A stretch of 64,000 nucleotides of DNA from Rhynchopus sp. YZ270_cl-10 (lineage: Eukaryota), in NCBI GenBank assembly GCA_964035575.1, contig OZ037837.1, positions 620,001 through 684,000 of the forward strand, written 5' to 3'. The position numbers and the translations under genes were made by a program. This document shows positions 25,711 to 36,831 of this stretch, one piece after another (the stretch's first letter is position 1; every line of letters starts with the position of its first letter). Below the pieces are notes generated by a model. That model saw only the letters and a program-made list of their open reading frames with translations. It searched no databases and was not told the DNA's origin.

Positions 25711-26877
25711 TCACTCACTGTTGTGTGGGTACAGATGCCTGGTTAGAATGGCGCCTGCTGTATCGCTTGCGGCTGGCCCACACCTCAACAGAACCACACG
25801 CGAACACGGTGATATCACAAACGATTCGTAGTGTTCCCGTATCACACGCACACAGGAAATGGTCGCCACATCGTACTGTTGTAGGTACATGCCGTAAGAG
25901 TCATCATCATCATCACTGTCATCTAACATACTACTAGGTCCTGGTTCACGAACATCTACCTTGACCACAAGGTACTTCCCACATGGTGTGAACTGCATGC
26001 CCTTCACACTCCCACCCACAGCAATACTGCCAAGATCCGCACCACTCCAATCATAGAGCTGCACGTTGTGATTGTCCCCGACAGCAAAGGCTGAGGCAGA
26101 CCGTGAAAGCGCCAGTCCTTCGCACCACCACCCCCCCGCAGGCACACATGCCACAGCAACACCCGTGCTCACATCCCACAGACGTGCGCCATTATCCAAG
26201 GAAGAGGAGGAGGTCATCACCCACCCACCACAGTGCGAGCCTGCCGCTTCCCTGCACACTTCGTGCGAGAGAGTGCGCAACAACGTCAGGTCTTCGTCGT
26301 ACACAGAGACGCCGTCTTTGCCCTTTGAGACTACAACACTGCCAGACATGAACACTGAGTACGCGTCGCCATCAACTGCGCGGAGCACCTCCCCGCCTGG
26401 AAGCGCAACCTCGCGAATGTGATTCCCGCACGGCAGGTAGCAGCGTGTCTTGCACTGTGAGATGGCAGGCGGACCGCACATATCATTTGCCGTTTCAAAT
26501 GAGAACACAGTGTCGAAGGTTTCTGTGTCGAGGCCGCAAAACTGCCCAGTCCCTTTCCAAAAAACGCAAAGCGTTCCACAGCGCGACAACGACAAGTATT
26601 TCACTGAGCTATCGTGGATGCTGTACTCAGCAGGACACTTGATGTCGGCCAAGCGAGGACAGGCAAGCACAACCTGCACCCCTGCATCAAATGCAGTATC
26701 CTGCAGACGGCACGTCCCCTCCACCACCTGCGTGCCGATGCGCATCTCGACAGACGCAGGCGAGACAGCAAGCACCCTGCACGCAACCTCCTTTGCCGCT
26801 GCAGCGTTCGCCTCGCACGGCACCTCCACTGTCGCAGTCATGCCTGACTCTTCCAGCACAAAGGTCACATCCATCAT
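25711..26877 (-). CDS. N-terminal ubiquitin-like fold + WD40-like propeller protein
   Basis: Start placed at MMDVTFVLEE; Ubl-like beta-grasp pattern in the first ~75 aa; ARLWDVSTG, VQLYDWSG, MQFTPCGKYL repeats. Confidence 0.75.
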   Translation of the reverse strand: MMDVTFVLEESGMTATVEVPCEANAAAAKEVACRVLAVSPASVEMRIGTQVVEGTCRLQDTAFDAGVQVVLACPRLADIKCPAEYSIHDSSVKYLSLSRCGTLCVFWKGTGQFCGLDTETFDTVFSFETANDMCGPPAISQCKTRCYLPCGNHIREVALPGGEVLRAVDGDAYSVFMSGSVVVSKGKDGVSVYDEDLTLLRTLSHEVCREAAGSHCGGWVMTSSSSLDNGARLWDVSTGVAVACVPAGGWWCEGLALSRSASAFAVGDNHNVQLYDWSGADLGSIAVGGSVKGMQFTPCGKYLVVKVDVREPGPSSMLDDSDDDDDSYGMYLQQYDVATISCVRVIREHYESFVISPCSRVVLLRCGPAASDTAGAILTRHLYPHNSE

Positions 26878-29631
26878 ATTGTTAAGGGCTCTGTTGTGTT
26901 TGATGTGATGGTTGGTGGTGTCACTTCGCCACGACAAATAAGAAGGTTGGTGGGTTCAATACGTGTTTAAGCAAACACGGCCGCAAACTCTGACAAAGCG
27001 AGCAACTTGAAGATACCCTGCGGCTCTGTTATCAATCAGGCACTATGTCACCAAAAGACGCTGGAAAAGGCAAAAAGAAAAGTACCCTATTCGGACAAAT
27101 TATCGACCGTACTAATTTTCTCGAGACCGAGGCCTCGTCGAGAAAGCTCGGAATACATCCAAAAACCCCCTGAAAAATGAAGAATTGAAACCACATTCCT
27201 ACTTTTCCTATGTTTTTCCCCCACCCCCGCAAACAATAAAGGGAAGGCTCGTTTTTCCATTTAATGTTACAAAGTAACAATAAACCATTTTTCCCGGTGA
27301 CCCCCCCTCCCCACCCCCTATGTAACACGGAAAAACCGTTTTTCCGAATTGTCATTTATTGTAACAACAAGGCGCAGTGGACGTGCACATCCGAAAACAC
27401 CCGCATTTGCATTTCCGGAATCCGTCCGCACTGTGGTGGGGTCAATCTGCCGAAATGGACAAGTTCTTGTTGTTGGAAAAAGCCACTTTTTCCCGCCATT
27501 GTTACAAAAAAAAATGCTCGAGAGACTCGTTCCTCTTTGCTTGTTGCTCAAAAGACTATAAACGGGGGGGAAAAAAGTAAAAGTTGTTTGTTGTTCGCTT
27601 CTTTTTTTTTTTTTCTTCGACTTGATTTACGATATGGTTGTGTTTGCCTGAAGTACAGAAAGTGTCGTGGAGCACAGGGGGGAAAAGAGGGGGAAACAAG
27701 CGGGGAGCGGGATACGCAGACGCGCGACTTTTCACGAGGGTCTCGAGCATTTTGTCAAATACTACGTGTTTACTAAAAAAGTTTTTTCCCCGGATTTCGG
27801 TCGGACCCCCTCCCCCCCCTTTATTGTTACTTTGTAACATTAAATGGAAAAACGAGCCTTCCCAAAGCAATAAAAACAATAAAGACAAAAAGGGAGTCCT
27901 ATTGGCGTCGCTGACGACCCCAAAATAGCAGAAAATAGCACCTCCCTTCAGCCGCACCAAAAAAATCCAGACGCCCAGAATAGCAGAAAATAGCCCAAAA
28001 ATAGCACCCCCCTTCAGCCACACCACCTGTTCGTATTTTCTCCAAGAAATGGTTCTCTGTGAGGCATATGCAGCTGGTGTAGAGCACAGACGTGGGATGG
28101 AGAGGGGGCTGCCTATGTGGGGGCGAGGTGAAAAGGGGGGGGTACAAAAGGAAACAAATATCATTTTTTTGTACATTGCACGTCCCTAAAAGAAAAGCAA
28201 AAGGAGTAGCTGCTGAGTAAGACAACAACAACTACTGAGAACACCGATCACTCGGCAACATAGATTTAAAACAATGAAGACACAAAATAAATAATAAACA
28301 TTGAATGACTTCAGGGTATGAATAAAAAGGAAGCAAAGAATACACACGTGTCACAAAAGCTGCAAATTGGCAACAACACTGGTTCGTGAAAGAAAAAAAA
28401 TACAATAATACTGAACCTGTGTGTATCCGAGACGAGAGTGTTTTTACTTTTGCTTAAAAACTGCGCAAGCCACCAAAAAAACAGATCTCAAGTCAGACCC
28501 AGCCAACCCTCTCAAATCCTCCCAATTGTATCTTATCCAACTCATCCCAACAAACCCCACCACCTCACTCTGTCACTCCCTCCCAAAAAGACAAACCCCC
28601 TTTTGTGCTTCACTCCTTCTTCCCTTCCCACCCTTTTTGCTAGTGTCGTCGTTCTCAACAGCAGCAGTGCACATAAGTCGCACCTGTTTCGCTTGATGGG
28701 AAACAGATGAGAAGATGCAAAATAGATATGGGTCCGTCCGGAAACCCTCCTGGTAAGATTCATCCTTTTGGGGTTTTTTGAGGTTTTTCTGCTCAAAACA
28801 CCCAAACAACCCAATTTTTTGATACCCACCATACACCTACCACCCCAGAGGGCATATTTTGGGCATTTATTTTTGTTTATTTCCCCTCCCCCCCTTTTTA
28901 CTTATATTTTTTTACGTATTTTTTGGAAGAAAAAAACGTGGCAATGACAGCAGTGAAGTTCACTTTTTTGTCGAGAAACACGGTAAGAATGGGTGCGACG
29001 CACACTTGGTGTCGTTTCGAACCCTCTCTCTGATGATTCTTGTTGTCAGGAGATCCTTACCGTAGGGGTCATTGTCGGTGCCCTGCGCGAGCTTCCCCAC
29101 ACAGAGGCCTTTGTTATCTCATTCCCTCGTACTCATACGTATCAGTGCACCCTTCTTTCCATCAATCTCTTTTCGTCTGTGTACTGCTACCCGAGCAACG
29201 GTCGTGTCATTTCAGCTAGCGTGTACTCTGACACGGAGGGAACCTGTATTTACTATGGAGTCTCCACATCCAAGGTGACCCGCAAAGCAAAAGTCCCTGG
29301 CATTGATCCAGTAGATTTGACAGAGGTCAATGAAACCTTGTCAAGGCGGCATGGCAGGATTAAGAGAAAGAGAGAAGAGATCCAGAAGAACGACAATAAA
29401 AGGCTGAAAATCTGATTAAAAAAGCGAAAATATAGCCTCAGACCCCCCAAAAAACCTATTTTCATATCAGAATATCACCTAGATGCACTTTTTGTGGGGG
29501 GCATCATCAAAAAAACCCAAAAATACCCAAAAGGATGAATCTTACCAGAGGGGTTTCCGGACGAGTCCATATTTAAAGAGTTAAATCCAACACCAAAAAC
29601 GGTGAACCTAATTCTGGCACAATAGCTCCAC

Positions 29632-31443
29632 CTAATAATAGGTCCACACCCCCTTAAAGTAATAAGGAAGGCTACTGAGGACAGCATTGCTGCATTTGTC
29701 CTTTCCTTGCAAGGACTTCAAATATGTGCAGTTGGAGAGGAAGTTCTTCCCGACGCTGGCGACAGCTCGTAATCCACTCAAGTCAACTGTCGACAATGAT
29801 GTGCACTCGTCGAGGAAGTGGTTCCCAATCGAGGTGACAGCTTGTAATGCGCTCAGATTAATTGTCGACAATGATGTGCATTCGCTGAGTAACCCGTCCC
29901 CAATCGAGGTGACGTTTTGTAATCCATTCAGATCGACTGTCGACAATGATGTGCACCCCAAGAGGAACCCGTCCCTAATCGAGGTGACAGCTTGCAATCC
30001 ACTCAAATCGACTGTCGTTAATGATGCGCACCCGCCGAGGAACCAGTTCCCAATCGAGGTGACAGCTTGTAATCCACTCAAATTAATTGTCGTCAATGAT
30101 GTGCATTCGCCGACGAACCCGCGCCCAATCGAGGTGACACCTTGTAATCCACTTAGGTTGACGTTCGTCAAAGCCGTGCAGCCATTAAGAAAGTAATCTC
30201 CAATCACAACCAAAGCAGATGCGTAACTGATGTCAATGCACGTCACCGTATTTTTTGAGAAGAAGTTGTCTGGAATCGCAGTCGCAGCTCCTGCCTGCAG
30301 GAGCAAGCAAGCCAGCTTCGGATCACTGCGTTGATCAGTCACTTGCTTCAACCTTTGTGATGTAAGTGTCGTCTCACCCAACGCACGAAGTGCTGCAATG
30401 GCATCCTGTTTTACAACAACCCTGTGACCCCTCAGCTGCACCACGTCCTCTCCTTCTGCAATCACTGCACCTCTGAAAGTCATGTCGAAGCAGTCTTCAG
30501 GCAACCCCACTGCAGACGCCACCTTCCGACGCAAGTCCCTGTACGTATCATCCACACTCACCTCAATCTCGTGTTCCACTCCATCCAACCCCTGCACAAG
30601 TACAGGCATAAAAAGCACAGACATCTGGGCAAGGGCGTCGTGCACGTTCGAAATAAGCAGCTTCAGGGAAAACGTTGCGTCTGGGTGTGCAGCACCCACA
30701 AGGCGGTGACGGTCTCCACTCGCTGCCATCGGCATACTGTTGATGCTCCGCACAACGGCCTGCGACTCTGTGACCGCACGCAGCACCTGGTCGTCCCCAA
30801 GCTGGCACACCGCCTCGCACTCAGCAATCATGTGTCCTGCCTTCGCAACAAACGTCTTCAGCGCACACACCTCCCCTTCACGACTGAGTGCCTGTGTGAG
30901 GAAGCTCCGTGCCACCTCCTCCTCACACATGACTTCGTTGCGCGACACATCCTCACGCATCACGAGGTGCCCGACGTGTGTCTGCAGGAGAAGGTCTTTG
31001 TACCTGCCCTCCGTGGGTGGGAGTGCCTCAAGCACACGGCACTTCTCCTCTGCATCAGTCCGCTGTGCCGTCAGGTCTGACACGTGTGAGTGGAGGATGT
31101 CACGCTGGCGTTTCATGTAGTCCGTGATGTCAACTGTCTTGTGTCCCGTGTGTCCGACGTACGCACAACGCAAGCAGATCAACGCGTCTCCACACGCAGG
31201 GTCTTCACAGACGAGGGACAGCTCTTGGCCTGGGTGATGTGCACACTTCGACGACGTTCCGTACGCAGTCACAGAAGCGCGATGTGCCTCACGGTCGCCT
31301 TTCCTTGGATGGAACACTTCGAAGCACACAGGCTTGTCGCAGAAGTACAGCTCCTTGCAGATCCCGCACTGCAGCTGTGCAGGCACGTCACAGTTCTCAC
31401 AGCTCGGCATCTGTGGTGCGGTGGGCTGCGTGTCAGACCCCAT
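29632..31443 (-). CDS. B-box x2 + coiled coil + Ubl-like + leucine-rich repeat protein (603 aa)
   Basis: CENC..QCGICKELYFCD..C..FH and CAHH...LVCEDPAC...ICLRC...GHTGH; 23-aa (69-bp) repeats LSGLQAVTSIGxxFLxxCTSLTTV. Confidence 0.88.
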   Translation of the reverse strand: MGSDTQPTAPQMPSCENCDVPAQLQCGICKELYFCDKPVCFEVFHPRKGDREAHRASVTAYGTSSKCAHHPGQELSLVCEDPACGDALICLRCAYVGHTGHKTVDITDYMKRQRDILHSHVSDLTAQRTDAEEKCRVLEALPPTEGRYKDLLLQTHVGHLVMREDVSRNEVMCEEEVARSFLTQALSREGEVCALKTFVAKAGHMIAECEAVCQLGDDQVLRAVTESQAVVRSINSMPMAASGDRHRLVGAAHPDATFSLKLLISNVHDALAQMSVLFMPVLVQGLDGVEHEIEVSVDDTYRDLRRKVASAVGLPEDCFDMTFRGAVIAEGEDVVQLRGHRVVVKQDAIAALRALGETTLTSQRLKQVTDQRSDPKLACLLLQAGAATAIPDNFFSKNTVTCIDISYASALVVIGDYFLNGCTALTNVNLSGLQGVTSIGRGFVGECTSLTTINLSGLQAVTSIGNWFLGGCASLTTVDLSGLQAVTSIRDGFLLGCTSLSTVDLNGLQNVTSIGDGLLSECTSLSTINLSALQAVTSIGNHFLDECTSLSTVDLSGLRAVASVGKNFLSNCTYLKSLQGKDKCSNAVLSSLPYYFKGVWTYY

Positions 31444-31692
31444 GTTGTGTGTTTCGAAGAGGTGGGAGGGTGCAGGGGTGTCTGGAAGGGGTTAGGTGTG
31501 ACTTATTGATGAGGGGTGTGAGCTGCATACATCGGAAATGATTCACACACAGTAGATGTGAGGTCAGAGGTGAGTGGTGGCGTCCCTCAACTGCTTCTGA
31601 GTACCGACCCCCATAAGACTAGAGTCTGCTCAATGCTGGACGAGGCCTTTTGCATTTCTGCAAGATTGAACTGAGAAAGAAGGAACCGGTCC

Positions 31693-32086
31693 AAGCTCAA
31701 GTGCTGATGTGGTATTAGGCATGAGTGAGCAGTACAAGAGACGAGCACGGGACCACATTTAGGTAAGCTTCGCAAATCGCAGGAGAAGGTGAAGAAGGGG
31801 AGGAGGGAAGGGGAGAACCTTTTTTTGAACCCCAAAAAATCGAAAACCCCCGAAAACCCGTGTCCTGAAGTACGGGGGAGAGGTGGAGCACAAAAGGGGC
31901 AAAGGGGAAACGGTAAGACCCATGGAAACCAAAGAAATCGTCTTTCATTACCAGACGTATTGCAGACTCGCACAAAAGAAACATCGGGTCTGAGACTTCA
32001 GAACTAAACACTATCCCCCTCCCTCCCCCCCCCGAGACAAGACAATGTATGGGACAGTGTGATGCACACAAACTTCCCAAGTGGAG
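31693..32086 (-). mobile_element. Second copy of the A-repeat-containing short interspersed element
   Basis: Colinear with 25169-25592; flanking genes are unrelated. Confidence 0.75.
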
Positions 32087-32280
32087 CAGCTGTCATAATC
32101 GCTGTAGATACCAAGTGCACAGATACGTCACTTCATGGCTACACACGGCACCCTCGTGTGGTAGCCATGAAGTGTAATAGCCCACGCATGGTAGGTGCGT
32201 ACTGCCACATCGATTGGCGTGCCTGAGCCCGGTTGGTCTGAGATTATTTAGTTTCCGACAACCGCCAGGGACAATATGCA

Positions 32281-33948
32281 TCATTGCACAACGACTTCCC
32301 CACCGTGCTTGAGGAGAACCTGCTCCACACCTGCATGTCTATTCAGTCTCGCATGCGCCAACGCAGTGCTGTCCTCATTATTTCCGTGATTCACATCCAC
32401 CTCCTTCAAGCCCACAAGATAGCGCACAGTCTCGGTGTGTCCATTACGTGCCGCAAGAGCAAGACACCTGTCTCCATCGCTGTCCGTGGCACACACGTCC
32501 GCACGTGCTTCAAGCAACATTCTCACAATTTCGCGTTCCCCAACCTCACAAGCACAGTGCAGAGGCGTACGTCCCACCCCTTCACTCTTTGCCTCGACGT
32601 CTGCCCCTGCATTAATAAGCACCTCCACCACATCGGAGTACGTCTGTATCACTCCGAGGTGCAGTGCAGTGAAGCCCCTGTTGCATGACTGATTCACATC
32701 CACCTCAGGCAAACACAAAAGATAGCGCACAGTCTCGGTGTGTCCAAAATAGGCCGCAAGACTAAGACATGTGGCTCCTTTGTTGTCTGTGGCACTCGCA
32801 TCCGCACCTGTTTTGACCAACATCCGCACAGTGTCGAGAGACCCATCCTTGCTGGCCAAGAGCAGAGGCGATCGTCCGTTCTCGTCATTTGCTTCTACGT
32901 CTGCACCTGCATCAATGAGCACCTCCACCACATCGGGGAAGTCTTCTTGACCTGCCCAGTGCAACGCAGTCCAGTCATCACCTGCTTGATTCACGTCCAC
33001 CTCAGGCAAGCCCACAAGATAGCGCACAGTCTCGATGTGTCTATGAAAAGCCGCAAGGGTAAGACATGTGTGTCCTACGTTGTCCTGCGTGTATGTAACA
33101 TTCACGTCCGCACCTGCTTTGAGCAACATCTTCATAGTGTCTAGTGCTCCAGCCTTGCTTGCCACGAGCAGAGGCGAACATCCCTCCTCGTCCTTTGCCT
33201 CAATGTCTGCACCTGCATCAATCAGCACCTTAGCCACATCGGGATGATTTTTATCAGCCGTAAGGAACAGAGCAGTGTGGCCGTCAGTATCCTTCTGATT
33301 CACGTCCACATCCTTCAAACCCACAAGATAGCGCACAGTCTCGATGCGTCCAAAATAGGCCGCAAGTGTAAGACACGTGTCTCCTTCGTTGTCTGTCACA
33401 CGCACGTCCACACCTGCTTTGACCAACATCTTCACAACAGCGAGTTCCCCTGAACGACAAGCCAAATGCAGAGGAGAACGTCCCAAGTCGTCCTTTGTCT
33501 CGATGTCTGGCCCTGCATCAATGAACACCTCACACACTGCAGGGTCCTCCCACATGGCTGGACAGGGACGGTCATCTTCTTCCTGCCCGTGTGGAACAAA
33601 CGCAACGATGCTGCAGACTGACTTCCAATGCTGCAAGAGGACCTCCGTGCACGCAGTGTGGTCTGCGTGGACACACTCACTCAGCAAGATCCCAAACCCC
33701 ATCTGCGTTGTCTCAACATACGGAAGAAGCAGTGTCAGGCATTCATCGTGGTTCCCTCTGCTTGCCTCGTGCACAGCATCAAAGGAAACCCTTTTGCTGT
33801 CTGTGTCTGGGCTGAGCTTCTCAAGTCCCGCCCGCACGGCAGTCGTGTCGCCGTTCCTGGCAGCTTCCACCAAGACCTCGTCTGCAGAAAGTGTTGTGCT
33901 GTTTGGTGCCTTCTCGTCAGGTGTGCTGTCTGCGTGTCGCTTCGACAT
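32281..33948 (-). CDS. Ankyrin-repeat protein (555 aa), member 3
   Basis: Full ORF with shared N-terminal block and ANK triplets. Confidence 0.92.
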   Translation of the reverse strand: MSKRHADSTPDEKAPNSTTLSADEVLVEAARNGDTTAVRAGLEKLSPDTDSKRVSFDAVHEASRGNHDECLTLLLPYVETTQMGFGILLSECVHADHTACTEVLLQHWKSVCSIVAFVPHGQEEDDRPCPAMWEDPAVCEVFIDAGPDIETKDDLGRSPLHLACRSGELAVVKMLVKAGVDVRVTDNEGDTCLTLAAYFGRIETVRYLVGLKDVDVNQKDTDGHTALFLTADKNHPDVAKVLIDAGADIEAKDEEGCSPLLVASKAGALDTMKMLLKAGADVNVTYTQDNVGHTCLTLAAFHRHIETVRYLVGLPEVDVNQAGDDWTALHWAGQEDFPDVVEVLIDAGADVEANDENGRSPLLLASKDGSLDTVRMLVKTGADASATDNKGATCLSLAAYFGHTETVRYLLCLPEVDVNQSCNRGFTALHLGVIQTYSDVVEVLINAGADVEAKSEGVGRTPLHCACEVGEREIVRMLLEARADVCATDSDGDRCLALAARNGHTETVRYLVGLKEVDVNHGNNEDSTALAHARLNRHAGVEQVLLKHGGEVVVQ

Positions 33949-34084
33949 GGTTTGTGAAGATGTTGATATTCAATGTTGTGTCTTTTATGCTGTTTCTTTT
34001 TGTGGAGGTTGTGAGGTGAGTGGTGGGTGTCGCGAACTGCCTACCACAAACACAGCGACAACACAAACAAACCCACCCGCTGTT

Positions 34085-34440
34085 GGGTAGTGCAGTAAAA
34101 CTACTGTAGAATGTCAGCCACACATGCCAACGGTATTTCTGAGAGTGGGTGGTATCCATTCGCCGTAAAGACAACTGGAGGGATGTGGCCTGCAGCATCC
34201 ACACTGTGGACACAGATGCTGCACTTTGCCGCCAACAGGAATCTGGGCAGCAATCAGGAGATGACACGGAGATGGGCATAGGGCCTGAGGACAACGTTGC
34301 AGACGATTGCTAAGGCCGTGATGGATCGAGGATGCTTGCGTGGCGACACGGCTGGTGCTCAGGGAACGAGTAGAGGTGGACGTAACGTCGGTGCAGGTGA
34401 AGACAACACTTCCGGTACCCTGGATGAGGACTGCCCATGA
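34085..34440 (+). pseudogene. 3' fragment of an RLE-endonuclease non-LTR retrotransposon (CRE/SLACS-like), copy 1
   Basis: Near-identical to 36145-36502 but with premature TAG at 34279-34281 and small indels. Confidence 0.55.
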
Positions 34441-34625
34441 GGAGGTGGGGGAGATGGAAAGAGCAACCGATGGGAAATGAGTGTTGTTGGTGCAGTGTCA
34501 CATAAACTTTCCTCTTTGCATTACAAATGTCATTCCATTCCCCCCCAGGTCTGATACCCCTTAAGATTCCCCCCCTTGGGATCTACGCGATCCTCACGAA
34601 ATACCAGGGAAAGCCGCCAAGAAAG

Positions 34626-36008
34626 CTAGTTACGCGGTGGGTTCGTCGCTCCGTGTTCCAGGAGAACCTGCACCACACCTGCATGTGGTTTCTGCCTCGC
34701 ATGCTGCAACGCAGTGCGGCCCTCTCTCGTCCTGTGATTCACATCCACCTCAGGCAAGCCCACAAGATAGCGCACAGTCTCGGTGTGTCCACGGGTAGCA
34801 GCAAGTGTAAGGCATGTATGTCCTTTGTTGTCTGTGACACACACTTTTGCACCTGCTTCGACCAACATCTTCACTATTGTGAACTTGCCTGAACAGCAAG
34901 CACTGTGAAGAGGGGAACGTCTGTTCTCGTCTTGTGTCTCGATGTCTGCTCCTGCATCAATGAGCACCTGCACCACATCCGCACGCTTCTCTAACACTGC
35001 GCAGTGCAGTGACGTAGTGGCCATGTCATTTGCATGATTCACATCCACCTCAGGCATGCACAGAAGAGTACGCACAGCTTCGGTGTGTCCACCAGCAGCC
35101 GCAAGGGCAAGACATGTGTCACCTCCTTCGTCAGTTACGCACACTCCCGCACCTGCTTTGACCAACATCTTCACAATGTCCAGTGCCCCTAGCCTGCTGG
35201 CCACGAGCAGAGGCGAACATTCGTCCTCGTCCTTTGTCTCGATGTCGGCACCTGCATCAATCAGCACCTCGACCACATCTGCATGCTTTTCCTCAGCTGT
35301 CAGGAGCAGAGCAGTTTGTCCGTGAGCCATGCGATTCACGTCCACCTCAGGCAAGCCCACAAGATAGCGCACAGTCTCGGTGCGTCCATCAATTGCCGCA
35401 AGAGCAAGACATGTGTCTCCCGCCTCGTCAGTGGCAGACACTCGCGCACCTGCTTTCACCAGCATCTTCACAGTGTCCAGTGCCCCTTTCTTGCTGGCCA
35501 TGAGCAGAGGCGAACATCCCTCCTCGTCCTTCACCTCGGTGTCTGCACCTGCATCAATCAGCACCTTAGCCACATCTGCACAATTTTGATCAGTTGCAAA
35601 GAGCAGAGCAGTGTAGCCGTTAGCAGGTTTGTGATTCACGTCCACCTCTGGCAAGCCCACAAGATAGCGCGCAATCTCGCTCTGGGTCGCAAAGGTAAGA
35701 CATGTGTCTCCTTCGTCATCTGTGGCACACACTCCCGCACCTGCTTCGACCAACATCTTCACAGCTGCGAGTGATCCTAAACAACAAGCCACGTGCAGAG
35801 GCAAAAGTCCCCTCTCATCCTTTGCCTCGATGTCTGCCCCTGCATCAATGAGCACCCGACACACTGCAGGGTCCGCCCACATGGCTGGACAGGGTCGGAC
35901 ATCAACCTTCTGCCCGTGTGGGACAAACGCGACGTTGCTGCAGACTGACTTCCAATGCTGCAAGAGGACTTCCTTGCACGCAGTGCTGTCTGCGTGTCGC
36001 TTCGACAT
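34626..36008 (-). CDS. Ankyrin-repeat protein (460 aa), member 4, N-terminal block deleted in frame
   Basis: MSKRHADST fused directly to ACKEVLLQHW; rest near-identical to the C-terminal part of member 5. Confidence 0.85.
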   Translation of the reverse strand: MSKRHADSTACKEVLLQHWKSVCSNVAFVPHGQKVDVRPCPAMWADPAVCRVLIDAGADIEAKDERGLLPLHVACCLGSLAAVKMLVEAGAGVCATDDEGDTCLTFATQSEIARYLVGLPEVDVNHKPANGYTALLFATDQNCADVAKVLIDAGADTEVKDEEGCSPLLMASKKGALDTVKMLVKAGARVSATDEAGDTCLALAAIDGRTETVRYLVGLPEVDVNRMAHGQTALLLTAEEKHADVVEVLIDAGADIETKDEDECSPLLVASRLGALDIVKMLVKAGAGVCVTDEGGDTCLALAAAGGHTEAVRTLLCMPEVDVNHANDMATTSLHCAVLEKRADVVQVLIDAGADIETQDENRRSPLHSACCSGKFTIVKMLVEAGAKVCVTDNKGHTCLTLAATRGHTETVRYLVGLPEVDVNHRTREGRTALQHARQKPHAGVVQVLLEHGATNPPRN

Positions 36009-36144
36009 GGTTTGTGAAGATGTTGATATTCAATGTTGTGTCTTTTATGCTGTTTCTTTTTGTGGAGGTTGTGAGGGAGTGGTGGGTGTCGCGAACTGCC
36101 TACCACAAACACAGCGACAACACAAACAAACCCACCCGCTGTTG

Positions 36145-36502
36145 GGTAGTGCAGTAAAACTACTGTAGAATGTCAGCCACACATGCCAACGGTATTTCTG
36201 AGAGTGGGTGGTACCCATTCGCCGTAAAGACAACTGGAGGGATGTGGCCTGCAGCATCCACACTGTGGACACAGATGCTGCACTTTGCCGCCAACAGGAA
36301 TCTGGGCAGCAATCAGGAGATGACACGGAGATGGGCACGGGGCCTGAGGACAACGTTGCAGACGATTGCTAAGGCCGTGATGGATCGAGGATGCTTGCGT
36401 GGCGACACGGCTGGTGCGCTCAGGGAACGGGTAGAGGTGGACGTAGCGTCGGTGCAGGTGAAGACGAACACTTCCCGGACCCTGGATGAGGACTGCCCAT
36501 GA
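36145..36502 (+). pseudogene. 3' fragment of an RLE-endonuclease non-LTR retrotransposon (CRE/SLACS-like), copy 2
   Basis: VQ*NY...GWYPFAVKTTGGMWPAASTLW resembles the RLE C-terminal pattern K.KY...F.PFAVET.GG...A. Confidence 0.6.
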
Positions 36503-36831
36503 GGAGGTGGGGGAGATGGAAAGAGCAACCGATGGGAAATGAGTGTTGAGAAAGACAGAGATGTCGTACCGAAAAACAAAAGTGGTTGCAGGCAGTCGTT
36601 TCTATTTCCTATTGGAAAGGTGGGAATAACAATAAAATTCCCTGTGTTCGTAGAAATGGTGACCGTGCGAAGCACCACATGAAATGTAAAACACGGACCA
36701 AAGTATGTCCGGTCCAAACAGTTTATGAAGACGGTAATAATAATGAATATTCCATTCCCCCCGACCCTTAAGATTCCCCCCTTGGGATCTACGCGATCCT
36801 CACGAAATACCAGGGAAAGCCGCCAAGAAAG

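Noticed and set aside
28993..29415. Plus-strand 140-aa ORF with basic C-terminus, possibly a transposase tail
   Set aside because: No diagnostic motif such as ERxFS; cannot be supported
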